Assembly: GCA_964607485.1 (NCBI GenBank)
Contig: CAZSKP010000019.1
Span: 37,609 to 82,660, forward strand
Reading direction: 5' to 3'
DNA length: 45,052 nt
Origin: an uncultured bacterium
GTDB taxonomy: Bacteria > Abyssobacteria > SURF-5
The translations under genes were made by a program, and so were the position numbers. Below, one piece after another: positions 36,762 to 45,052 of this stretch. Position 1 is the first letter of the stretch, and every line of letters begins with the position of its first letter. The notes below the pieces were generated by a model. That model saw only the letters and a list, made by a program, of their open reading frames with translations. It was not told the origin of the DNA and made no database searches.

Positions 36762-37331
36762 ATGGAGATGCCGACAATGCTGCTCGAAACGTCTTCTGGA
36801 AAGCTGGCCCTTGATGATGAAGCACAGTTGTCCTACTTTGTCAGAAAGAAGACCCGAAAGCCCCCGCGCGTAGGATACGCCAGGCTCATTGACATCACGG
36901 AAGCGGGCCTGTGCATGGAAATTTCCCCCGTTGATTCCGATCTGTTCATGGAATCGGAGAAGACGACTTACATTCTCAGTAAAGACATAGAGGTCCAGAT
37001 ATTCTGCCGCTCTCACCCGATCAATGTATCCGTCGCGGGCTGCATAAAATGGTTCAAGCGCAAGGACGAAATCCACAAGGCCGAGAACTCCGAAAATATA
37101 TACATCGGCCTCATGTTCACGTTCTTCGACGGCGCTCAGAGGCAGGAGATAGCAGAGTTGGTCAGACATTTGAAGAACGACTCGGTTCGCTGCAACGCAT
37201 GCGGCGCCAGCATCTCCGCCGACTCCGTGCTGTGCTATAGCTGCGGCGAAAGGCAAGTCCGGAAAAGGGCCTTCCTGAAGAAAATGCTCTTCGGCTTCCT
37301 GGCCAACGACGAGACCACCGAGTCCATTTGA
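36762..37331 (+). CDS. PilZ-like domain protein with C-terminal zinc ribbon
   Basis: RKPPR and DITEAG (RxxxR and DxSxxG-like), IKW..YIGLMF, then CNACG..CYSCG. Confidence 0.65.
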   Translation: MEMPTMLLETSSGKLALDDEAQLSYFVRKKTRKPPRVGYARLIDITEAGLCMEISPVDSDLFMESEKTTYILSKDIEVQIFCRSHPINVSVAGCIKWFKRKDEIHKAENSENIYIGLMFTFFDGAQRQEIAELVRHLKNDSVRCNACGASISADSVLCYSCGERQVRKRAFLKKMLFGFLANDETTESI

Positions 37332-37433
37332 ATGGAGGCTCGGTCTCGCGTTCCCTCGACTACCCCGGCGCATAATCCCTCGCGCTGATTCAGACGATTC
37401 TTCCCCGCCTGTCCAGAGCACATGTTCGACCGG

Positions 37434-37462
37434 TTGATTTTTGACGCACGCCTTTCTATAAT
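37434..37462 (+). promoter_or_regulatory. sigma70-type promoter of efp
   Basis: TTGATT-17 nt-TATAAT. Confidence 0.55.
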
Positions 37463-37516
37463 AGTAAGGGACTCCGCGACGTTCAAACCTGGGAATACAA
37501 CGAGGGAAAAAGAAGA

Positions 37517-38080
37517 ATGTTGCCTGCAACACAGCTCAAGAACGGCATGATAATCCTGCACAATGAAGAACTCTACCGCGTAAGCGGACTGACGCATATC
37601 ACGCCCGGAAACAAACGAGGGATAGTACAGGCAAAACTGTACAGCTTGAAAAGCAGCAGCTACTATGACGTCAGGTTCCGTTCGGACGATTCTATTGAAA
37701 CCGTGCAGTTGGACCGCAAGAACATGGAGTATCTTTATCATACCGACAATCTGTACACGTTCATGGACACGCAAACCTACGAACAAGTCGATATCCCGAC
37801 CGGCGTTCTGGGCGAAACGGTCAAGTACCTGTTGCCCAACAACGAGCTTAAGGTCGAGTTCCACGATGGAGTGCCGGTCGGGGTCGAACTCCCCATCACT
37901 GTTGACCTCAAAATCGTGGAAACCGACCCTCCCCTCAAGGGGGCAACCGCCTCGGCTTCGCCCAAGACCGCCGAGCTCGAAACGGGCATCGTTGTGAAGG
38001 TGCCCCAATTCCTGCAGGTGGGCGACGTGGTTCGAATCGATACGCGGGACAATTCATTCGTTGAGCGCGTGAAAAAATAA
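37517..38080 (+). CDS. efp: Elongation factor P
   Basis: 187 aa; YLY..YTFMDTQTYEQ, ELPITVDLKIVETDP, KTAELETGIVVKVPQFL..GD..RIDTR. Confidence 0.95.
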   Translation: MLPATQLKNGMIILHNEELYRVSGLTHITPGNKRGIVQAKLYSLKSSSYYDVRFRSDDSIETVQLDRKNMEYLYHTDNLYTFMDTQTYEQVDIPTGVLGETVKYLLPNNELKVEFHDGVPVGVELPITVDLKIVETDPPLKGATASASPKTAELETGIVVKVPQFLQVGDVVRIDTRDNSFVERVKK

Positions 38081-38093
38081 GACCACAGCCGCC

Positions 38094-38122
38094 TTGACAA
38101 ACGAAGCCGCGACGGATATATT
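38094..38122 (+). promoter_or_regulatory. sigma70-type promoter of the DUF1015 gene
   Basis: TTGACA-17 nt-TATATT. Confidence 0.6.
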
Positions 38123-38225
38123 AGCGTCGTTTTCCGGACCACTTTCGAACGCATCACCCCTGCGAGTATTCGTTTCAAGCATTGGGCTGACCCGCGGTGC
38201 GCTGAGAGAAAGCTAAGAACACGTT

Positions 38226-39557
38226 ATGGCGAAGATTATTCCTTTCAAAGGATTACGATACGACCCGGCCAAGGTGGCCCTCAAGGATGTCGTCGCGCCC
38301 CCCTTCGATGTAATAAGTGATGAGCAGCGCGATTTCCTTTACGAACGTCACCCAAATAATGTCGTACGGCTGGAAAGGGGTAAGCAAATGCCGGGCGACG
38401 GGCCCGGGGAAAACCAATATACACGCGCCCGCCAATGGCTGGAACAATGGACGACGACCGGAATTCTGCGCCGGGACGAGCACCCGAGCGTTTACGTGTA
38501 TGAGCAGGAGTATCGATACTCTGATAACAAGCCCAGAATCCGAAGGGGATTCATGGCGCTGGCGCGTCTTGAAGAGCAGGACTCCGGCGTCATTCTCGGC
38601 CACGAACACACGCTGATGTCGCCGAAATACGACCGCCTGAATCTTCTCAAAGAATGCAAAGCCAACCTCAGCCCCATTTTCTCGCTGTTTTCCCAGCCCG
38701 ACGGCTCTATTGACAGCATACTGGTGGAGGAGGCCTTCACTCCTCCCGTCTACGATTTCACCGACGACAATAACATTCGCAACAGGCTCTGGGTCGTGAG
38801 CGACCCGGCCATCATCGAGTCGCTCAGCCGGCAGATGCAGGACAAGGCGATCATCATAGCCGACGGCCACCACAGATACGAGACCGCGCTCATCTACAGG
38901 CACATCCGGCGCAGCGAAAAGAAGCCGAACTCCGAGGACGCCCCGTATAACTACGTGATGATGATGTTCGTCAACCTCGACGGCGAGGGCGTCTCAATCT
39001 ATCCCGTCCACAGACTCATTTACGGGCTTCCCGATTTCGACCCCGCCCGGTTTAGGCGCGAACTCGAAAAATACTTCGAGATAAGGCCGTCCTCGTTCGA
39101 CTGCTCCAATTGCGAGGCGACGGCGCGAAACCTCTTGAGTGACATGACGCGCGTCGGCGAGACGAGACACACCTTCGGCCTGTACCTGGGCGGCGACACG
39201 TTGGAGCTTCTGAGCTCGAGGGACGACATCAAGCTTCGTGAGCTGGTCGAGAAAGACCATTGCGAAAGCTGGAAGACGCTCGACGTGTCGATAGCGCAGG
39301 CGGTCATCCTGCAGAGCATCCTCGGCATAGACACAAAGAACATCTCCAAAGAGGAACACGTGCGATACACCCCGTCGGCCGAGGCGGCCCTCGTGGCCGT
39401 CCGACGCGAGGAGGCCCAGATGGCGCTCCTGCTCAATCCCACCAAACCGCAACAAGTCAAGGCAGTGACCTACGAGGGCGAAAAGATGCCCCAAAAATCC
39501 ACCTTCTTCTATCCCAAGCTCCTCTCCGGCCTAGTCATCAACCCCCTCGACCCCTGA
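38226..39557 (+). CDS. DUF1015-family protein
   Basis: IIPFKGLRY, APPFDVIS, HEHT, IADGHHRYETAL, MPQKSTFFYPKLLSGLV. Confidence 0.88.
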   Translation: MAKIIPFKGLRYDPAKVALKDVVAPPFDVISDEQRDFLYERHPNNVVRLERGKQMPGDGPGENQYTRARQWLEQWTTTGILRRDEHPSVYVYEQEYRYSDNKPRIRRGFMALARLEEQDSGVILGHEHTLMSPKYDRLNLLKECKANLSPIFSLFSQPDGSIDSILVEEAFTPPVYDFTDDNNIRNRLWVVSDPAIIESLSRQMQDKAIIIADGHHRYETALIYRHIRRSEKKPNSEDAPYNYVMMMFVNLDGEGVSIYPVHRLIYGLPDFDPARFRRELEKYFEIRPSSFDCSNCEATARNLLSDMTRVGETRHTFGLYLGGDTLELLSSRDDIKLRELVEKDHCESWKTLDVSIAQAVILQSILGIDTKNISKEEHVRYTPSAEAALVAVRREEAQMALLLNPTKPQQVKAVTYEGEKMPQKSTFFYPKLLSGLVINPLDP

Positions 39558-39786
39558 CCCGGCCTTCATCTCCCCAAATTGCCTTGAACCGACTCTCCCA
39601 CTTTTCTTGACTCCTGCGATTTACCGCCACAAATTTTTTGGCAAAATATGAAGCAGTGTAATAATATAAGACCTGACGCCCGCCTCTTCGATATAACCCG
39701 GCAACGAATCAACCGCCCTCGGAGAGCACAAAGCGTTCGAGCCAATTCCGGCTCTGCGCATCTCCTTCAAGGCAAAAGCGATACCC

Positions 39787-39815
39787 TTGACTTTAATGAT
39801 TCGACATAATAGAAT
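39787..39815 (+). promoter_or_regulatory. sigma70-type promoter
   Basis: TTGACT-17 nt-TAGAAT upstream of the 39925 ORF. Confidence 0.55.
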
Positions 39816-39924
39816 TAACAGTAAACTTGCTTTAGGCAGTAGAAAGAGGTAGCCTCAAGGAAGGAACATAAAGTGATTTTCATGACCTAATGTTGCAGCA
39901 TAGAGGGAGGATTAAACGGAAACT

Positions 39925-40392
39925 ATGAATTGGCTTCAGGTCTTAGGTCCAACTCTGTTGATGGTTGTCGGTGGGATCATAACATGGTTTATCAAATCAC
40001 GTGTAGAAGAACTACGTGCCACAGAAGAAAGACTAATGGAAGAACGCCGCAAGGTTTATCTCGAAATCCTCGCCCCCTTCATCCGTATCTTCGCAGGAGC
40101 AAAAAACAAAGGTACGGCGGAAGCGATCAAGACGATTACCTCCTACGAATACAGGAAGACAGCTTTCGAATTGAATCTGTTTGGTTCTGATGAGGTGGTT
40201 CGCGCATACAACGCGCTCTTGAAGCATGGATATGACGCAGAATTAACGAACCGCCAAGACCCAAAAGAAATGATGCATTTATTGGGTGGGTTTATACTTG
40301 AAGTTCGCAAAAGCCTTGGAAACAAGAAGACCAAGCTCGACAACATTGACATGCTTCGAGCAATGGTTAAAGATATTGACAGTTTCTTATAA
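39925..40392 (+). CDS. Hypothetical protein with N-terminal TM anchor
   Basis: SD GAGGGAGG upstream; one hydrophobic helix followed by a helical domain; more AT-rich than its neighbours. Confidence 0.7.
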   Translation: MNWLQVLGPTLLMVVGGIITWFIKSRVEELRATEERLMEERRKVYLEILAPFIRIFAGAKNKGTAEAIKTITSYEYRKTAFELNLFGSDEVVRAYNALLKHGYDAELTNRQDPKEMMHLLGGFILEVRKSLGNKKTKLDNIDMLRAMVKDIDSFL

Positions 40393-40407
40393 AACAATCT
40401 GGAATGA

Positions 40408-40494
40408 ACCACGGGGAGCACGGGGCGTCACGGGGAAAAACTTTCTTAAAATCTTTTGCTTTGAATCCCCGTGTGTCCTCGTGCTCCCCGTGGT
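40408..40494. repeat. Inverted repeat of tripartite (CACGGGG)x3 units
   Basis: 40408-40436 and 40466-40494 are reverse complements at 25/29 positions, with a 29-nt spacer. Confidence 0.85.
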
Positions 40495-40520
40495 GAAAGA
40501 AAAGGTTTGGAGGACCTCTA

Positions 40521-40904
40521 ATGGAGTTGAGGGATTGTGACGAGAGCCTGATCGATAAGGTGCTGACAGCCGCAACCGTGGTTCACCGGGAATTGGGACC
40601 CGGACTGCTTGAATCCGTCTACGAACTCGCGTTAATGGTTGAACTGAAAGAGGCAGGTATCGCTGCGCAAAGACAGGTTGAGATACCGGCGCTATACCGC
40701 GGACATCAACTCGACGTGGGTTTCCGGGCCGATATCATCGTTGCCGATTCTCTGCTGCTGGAAATTAAAGCTGTAAATGAACTTACCGACCTGCATGTGG
40801 CACAGGTAATCACCTATCTGAAACTGCTCGGCTTCAAGCGAGGCTATCTCCTCAATTTCAACAAGAAACTTCTTAAAGATGGTATAAGACGCATTTCCAT
40901 CTAA
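40521..40904 (+). CDS. GxxExxY protein (PD-(D/E)xK nuclease-like)
   Basis: VHRELGPGLLESVYE, FRADIIV, LLEIKAV, AQVITYLKL, GYLLNF. Confidence 0.92.
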   Translation: MELRDCDESLIDKVLTAATVVHRELGPGLLESVYELALMVELKEAGIAAQRQVEIPALYRGHQLDVGFRADIIVADSLLLEIKAVNELTDLHVAQVITYLKLLGFKRGYLLNFNKKLLKDGIRRISI

Positions 40905-40905
40905 T

Positions 40906-40939
40906 TCCCCGTGCTCTCCGTGTCCCCCGTGGTGAAAGA
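40906..40939. repeat. Third copy of the tripartite repeat, directly after the GxxExxY stop
   Basis: TCCCCGTGCTCTCCGTGTCCCCCGTGGTGAAAGA resembles 40466-40500 in direct orientation. Confidence 0.8.
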
Positions 40940-41100
40940 ACTATTCGCGATTGTGAATTAGGGCTAGACCTTTACGGCGTGTTGCACAAATAGTTTTCCC
41001 GATTGCCCAGGTCGAGAGCATGGCATAGCGTCAGGTTTCTGAGGGGCGGTTTGCAGACTGTTCTCCTAGGAGTCAGCATTACCCGTTTGCTCATCATTTT

Positions 41101-41131
41101 CCTTTGCGCTCTTCGCGCCTTTGCGGTGAAA
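41101..41131. repeat. Related tripartite repeat with a different unit sequence
   Basis: CCTTTGCG-CTCTTCGCG-CCTTTGCG-GTGAAA has the same 3-unit + GTGAAA layout. Confidence 0.6.
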
Positions 41132-41179
41132 TCTCCGCCTGCGGCGACTCTTTCCGATCCGCCTTAATCTCTCATGTCA

Positions 41180-41208
41180 TTGCAAAATTCGGTTTTAACC
41201 CGTATAAT
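41180..41208 (+). promoter_or_regulatory. sigma70-type promoter of the hflX operon
   Basis: TTGCAA-17 nt-TATAAT. Confidence 0.65.
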
Positions 41209-41244
41209 TTCAAAAGGGAAAGAGCAAAGAGGAGTTGAGCGCAG

Positions 41245-42522
41245 ATTCGCGAAACTGAACAATCGAGCGCCGAAGAAAAGGCGGTGCTGGTCGGCGTGCA
41301 GACCGCCCACGACGCCCCGTGGGAAGTGGAGGAATCGCTGGCCGAGCTGGCCGAGCTCACGCGGACTGCCGGCGCTCGGATAGTCAAATCCGTCATCCAG
41401 CACAGGGCGGTCCCCGACAGCGCCACTTTCATAGGCAGGGGAAAAGCCGCCTCGGTAGCCTCACTCGTCGAAGAGCTCGAGGCCGACATCGTTATATTCG
41501 ACTGCGAGCTCAGCCCCGCCCAACAAAGAAACCTCGAGGACCTGACAGACTGCAAGGTCGTCGACCGCACCCAGTTGATCCTTGACATCTTCGCTCAGCG
41601 CGCCGAGACCAAGGAGGGGAAAATCCAGGTCGAGCTGGCGCAGTTGGACTACCTGATGCCGCGCCTCACGGGCAAGGGAGTCATGATGTCGAGGCTGGGC
41701 GGCGGGATCGGCACTCGCGGCCCCGGCGAGATGAAGCTGGAAGTCGAGCGCCGCCGCATCAAGGACAGGATAACGAAGCTCAAACGAGAGCTCGACTCTA
41801 TCAGGCTCCACCGCGACGTTCAGCGCAAGCGCAGGGTCGGCCGCGAAGTTGCTAACGCCGCAATCGTCGGTTACACCAATGCCGGTAAATCGTCACTGTT
41901 GAACGCTATCGCCGACGCGCACGCGTTTGTCGAGGACAAGCTGTTCGCCACGCTCGACCCGCGCTCCCGGAGCGCGAAACTGCCCAACGAACAGGTCGTC
42001 GTGTTTACCGACACCGTCGGTTTCATACGCAAGCTCCCTCATTCACTCGTCGCAGCCTTTCGCGCAACCCTCGAAGAGACGACACACGCCGACCTCATCA
42101 TCCTGGTCGTCGATTCGGCCAACCAGTATTTCGAGGAACACATGGCGGTGGCGAAACAGGTTCTGATTGAACTGGGCGCCGCCGACAAACCCACCATCAC
42201 TGTGTTCAACAAGATAGACCTATTGCCCGACCCCGTCATCGCCAGGAAACTGGTGGAGCGAACCGCCGCTAGCGTCGCCGTCTCGGCGAGAACGGGCGAG
42301 AACATCGACGGGCTGCTCCGTCTGGTCGCGGAGACTCTTTCGTCACGACGCGAAGTCGTCGAGCTCATGATTCCCCAGAGCCGGGGCGAGATAGCGGCCC
42401 TGGTCGAGGAGAAGGGCCACGTGCTCGAGAGGAAATACGAAGACGGATCCATCGTTCTCACGGCCGAGCTGGACCGGCCCGTGGCCGCGAGGCTTCGCGA
42501 TTTCGTAAAGGAGCGCAAATGA
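41245..42522 (+). CDS. hflX: GTPase HflX
   Basis: ELSPAQQRNLE, DRTQLILDIFAQRA, GIGTRGPGE, GYTNAGKSS, LFATLD, DTVGF, NKID. Start is either ATT 41245 or GTG 41284. Confidence 0.95.
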   Translation: MRETEQSSAEEKAVLVGVQTAHDAPWEVEESLAELAELTRTAGARIVKSVIQHRAVPDSATFIGRGKAASVASLVEELEADIVIFDCELSPAQQRNLEDLTDCKVVDRTQLILDIFAQRAETKEGKIQVELAQLDYLMPRLTGKGVMMSRLGGGIGTRGPGEMKLEVERRRIKDRITKLKRELDSIRLHRDVQRKRRVGREVANAAIVGYTNAGKSSLLNAIADAHAFVEDKLFATLDPRSRSAKLPNEQVVVFTDTVGFIRKLPHSLVAAFRATLEETTHADLIILVVDSANQYFEEHMAVAKQVLIELGAADKPTITVFNKIDLLPDPVIARKLVERTAASVAVSARTGENIDGLLRLVAETLSSRREVVELMIPQSRGEIAALVEEKGHVLERKYEDGSIVLTAELDRPVAARLRDFVKERK

Positions 42523-42959
42523 CCTCGCTGCGGATTCGCGTCGGCGCCGTCTGCCACGAGGACGACTCCCTCTTGCTCGTCGAGCATGAAAAGCTCAACG
42601 AGCGATACTGGCTGCTGCCGGGCGGCGGGATGCGCGTCGGCGAGACGGCCGAGGATGCTCTCGCGCGAGAAGTGGCCGAGGAAACATCGGTGAGGGTCGA
42701 CGTCGGTCGACTGCTCTGCATCTGCGAGAGCATCTCGTCTGACCGCACGCGTCACATCGTGCATTTCGTGTACGAAGCCAGCCGCATCTCCGGCACGACG
42801 GGAAAGTCGCGAGACCCCCGCGTCAGGCGCTCGGCGTTCGCCCCTGTTGACTCTCTGTGCGGGCTCACGCTCTATCCTCCGATTCAGAACTGGCTTACTA
42901 AGGGGCTGTCTGATGGTTTTGCGGAGGCTCCGGAGTATCTCGGGTCGATGTGGGTTTGA
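42519..42959 (+). CDS. NUDIX hydrolase
   Basis: Nudix box LPGGGMRVGETAEDALAREVAEET; ATGA overlap with hflX. Confidence 0.9.
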   Translation: MTSLRIRVGAVCHEDDSLLLVEHEKLNERYWLLPGGGMRVGETAEDALAREVAEETSVRVDVGRLLCICESISSDRTRHIVHFVYEASRISGTTGKSRDPRVRRSAFAPVDSLCGLTLYPPIQNWLTKGLSDGFAEAPEYLGSMWV

Positions 42960-42998
42960 ACGCGGATGCGAAAATCATGAAAAGGACTTCGCCGGGCG

Positions 42999-43658
42999 AT
43001 GCTGATTGACCTTCACTGTCACACCAAGTATTCGGGCGACAACGTTCTCGAACCTCTCGAACTCATACAGGCCGCCCGCGGCAGAGGGCTCGACGCGGTC
43101 TGTATTACTGAGCACGACTCGTTCTGCGCCTCGGAGCCCGTCGAAGAGATCGCACGAAGGGAGGATTTCCTTGTGTTCAGAGGCGTCGAGATCAACACCG
43201 ACAAGGGCCACATGCTCGCGTTCGGCGTAAGCGACGACTCATGGAAAGACAGCTTCGGATACTACTCGCGTGTCGAATCGGTAAGACCGAGGGTTGAAGC
43301 CTGCGGCGGAATTCTGATACCGGCGCACCCATTCAGAATCGTCGGGGCGGCTTCCGCCTCGAACGGCCTGTTCGAGATGGACTACATCGCCGCGCTGGAG
43401 GTGCTGAACGGCGAGAATACCGAGCGCGAGAACGACTGTGCGATTGAGGCATGGGGCAAACTCAACATCCCCGGCACTGCCGGCAGCGATTGCCATTTCG
43501 CCCGCGAGGCCGGCAGTTGTGCGACATGGTTCGAGAAGAACGTGTCCACGCTCGCAGAGCTTATCGAGGAGATACGCGCGGGAAGAGTCGCCCCCGCGCG
43601 CCTGCAACCCGATGGGGCGTACAAACGGATGCGAATGCCAAACCAGGCGGGAAGGTAG
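42999..43658 (+). CDS. PHP-domain phosphoesterase
   Basis: DLHCHT..SGD, ITEHD, GVEI..GH, AHPF, GSDCH. Confidence 0.88.
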   Translation: MLIDLHCHTKYSGDNVLEPLELIQAARGRGLDAVCITEHDSFCASEPVEEIARREDFLVFRGVEINTDKGHMLAFGVSDDSWKDSFGYYSRVESVRPRVEACGGILIPAHPFRIVGAASASNGLFEMDYIAALEVLNGENTERENDCAIEAWGKLNIPGTAGSDCHFAREAGSCATWFEKNVSTLAELIEEIRAGRVAPARLQPDGAYKRMRMPNQAGR

Positions 43659-43664
43659 CCCACA

Positions 43665-44996
43665 GTGGACCTGAAAGAACTGCGTGAGGCGGCGAAATCC
43701 ATTGCATGCTCCGCCATTCAGGCGGTGGACCCGGAGGGACTTATCCGCAAAGCCGTCAAGCGTGAATGCAACCGACTCATGATCGGCGAAAGCACCGTTG
43801 ACCTGACTCAGTTCAAACGAATCCTTGTCGTCGGCGCTGGCAAGGCGAGCGCCTCGATGGCAAAAGCGCTGGAAGACATCCTCGGAGACCGAATCTCCGA
43901 CGGCGTGATTGTCGTCAAGGACGGACATGCGAAACCGCTGAAGCGATTGAAAGTACTCGAGGCGGGCCATCCCGTCCCCGACGAGCGCGGCGTCGAAGGA
44001 GCGCGCCATATCCTCTCGCTGGTCGAGAAGAACGCTCGGGCCGATACGCTGGTACTTTGCGTAATCTCCGGTGGAGGCTCGGCACTCATGCCGCTTCCGG
44101 TCGAGGGGATAACGCTTCGGCACAAGCAGGAAGCAACGAAACTACTTCTCGAATGCGGCGCTTCCATCGACGAAGTCAACGCCGTCCGCAAACACATCTC
44201 GAAAATCAAGGGTGGGCGGCTGGCCAGAGCGGCCGCCCCGGCGAGGCTGTTCTCACTCCTTCTTTCGGATGTTGTCGGCGACTCGCTGGACGTCATCGCC
44301 TCCGGGCCGACGGTCGGAGACCCATCGACGTTCGCTCAAGCCAGGGACGTCATGGAGAAATACAAAATCTGGAACCGTGCGCCAAAATCTGTCCGCAACG
44401 CCATCGAAAAGGGACTCAAGGGCGATGGCGAGGAGACGCCCAAGCCCAACGACAAGATCTTCGAGCGAGTATCCAACGTAATCATAGGCAACAATCGCAG
44501 TGCACTGGAGGCCGCATCGGCCAAGGCGGCCTCCCTCGGCTTTCATCCGCTCATCCTCACCACATGCGTGAGCGGCGAGGCCAGAGAGGTTGGCGTGGTT
44601 TTTGCATCTATCGCTATCGAGGCCGAAAGATCGCACAATCCGGTCCGGCCACCGGCCTGCATCCTCGCCGGGGGCGAGACGACCGTCACGATTCGAGGGA
44701 GCGGAAAGGGAGGGCGAAACCAGGAGCTCGCCCTCTCGGCCGCCCTTAAACTGGCAGGGGCGAACAACATCGTCGTTGCAAGCATCGGCACCGACGGCAC
44801 CGATGGGCCCACCGACGCCGCTGGAGCCATCGTGGACGCCGCGAGCGTGGAGCGTGCCCGGCAGGAGGGTCTCGACCCGCTGGATTTCCTGAGCCGAAAC
44901 GACTCATATCCTCTACTCCAGAAGACCGGCGACCTGCTTGTAACTGGGCCGACCGGGACGAATGTCATGGACCTGCTCATCGCGCTGGTCGGATAA
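43665..44996 (+). CDS. Glycerate 2-kinase (MOFRL/DUF4147 family)
   Basis: GAGKAS, AGHPVPD, ISGGGSAL, SDVVGD..IASGPT, GGETTV, GGRNQELAL, GTDGTDGPT, TGPTGTNVMD. Confidence 0.92.
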   Translation: MDLKELREAAKSIACSAIQAVDPEGLIRKAVKRECNRLMIGESTVDLTQFKRILVVGAGKASASMAKALEDILGDRISDGVIVVKDGHAKPLKRLKVLEAGHPVPDERGVEGARHILSLVEKNARADTLVLCVISGGGSALMPLPVEGITLRHKQEATKLLLECGASIDEVNAVRKHISKIKGGRLARAAAPARLFSLLLSDVVGDSLDVIASGPTVGDPSTFAQARDVMEKYKIWNRAPKSVRNAIEKGLKGDGEETPKPNDKIFERVSNVIIGNNRSALEAASAKAASLGFHPLILTTCVSGEAREVGVVFASIAIEAERSHNPVRPPACILAGGETTVTIRGSGKGGRNQELALSAALKLAGANNIVVASIGTDGTDGPTDAAGAIVDAASVERARQEGLDPLDFLSRNDSYPLLQKTGDLLVTGPTGTNVMDLLIALVG

Positions 44997-45024
44997 GTGG
45001 TAAACCAGGAGCCCGATTAAGAAA

Positions 45025-45052
45025 TTGACACCAGACAATCTACATGGTAAAC
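45025..45052 (+). promoter_or_regulatory. Probable promoter for the next gene, cut off by the window end
   Basis: TTGACA-17 nt-TAAAC(edge), with TG at the extended -10 position. Confidence 0.45.

Noticed and set aside
40408-40939. Repeats as a CRISPR array
   Set aside because: Mixed orientation, internal 9-10 nt periodicity, no regular unique spacers and no cas genes.
40960-41070. Possible MITE or IS end (GGCGTGTTGCACAAA ... TTTGCAGACTGTTC)
   Set aside because: The putative inverted ends match poorly and no transposase is present.

Overview
GC-rich bacterial chromosomal segment, probably from an anaerobe (it carries tRNA-Sec and a corrinoid methyl-transfer operon); I cannot assign the taxon from sequence alone. 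From left to right: a 5'-truncated two-domain N-acetylmuramoyl-L-alanine amidase, an acyl-CoA ligase and tRNA-Sec (selC). Next is an ~11.2 kb decayed island with a dead tyrosine integrase and a sulfoquinovose/surface-glycosylation cluster, bounded by a 41-bp direct repeat of the 5' half of selC. After the island come a TetR-RND efflux operon, a PAS hybrid kinase, DUF1573/PilZ genes, two sugar-nucleotide enzymes, a five-gene corrinoid methyltransferase operon, a MEMO1-like gene, a Cys-rich ORF/HU-like/RecQ cluster, a PilZ-zinc-ribbon gene, efp, DUF1015, a small islet with a GxxExxY gene in palindromic repeats, hflX, NUDIX, PHP and glycerate kinase. Most notable: (1) the island entered the selC anticodon loop so that the 5' half was duplicated and the apparent native promoter is left 11 kb away; (2) a dnaX-like -1 frameshift/slippage signal (AGGGAG ... 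A9C) would fuse a Cys-rich domain to an HU-like domain upstream of recQ; (3) the island cargo looks like a lipid-carrier sulfoquinovosylation system; (4) hflX may start at AUU; (5) tripartite repeats frame the GxxExxY gene. All product calls come from motif recognition by eye; no database searches were run.
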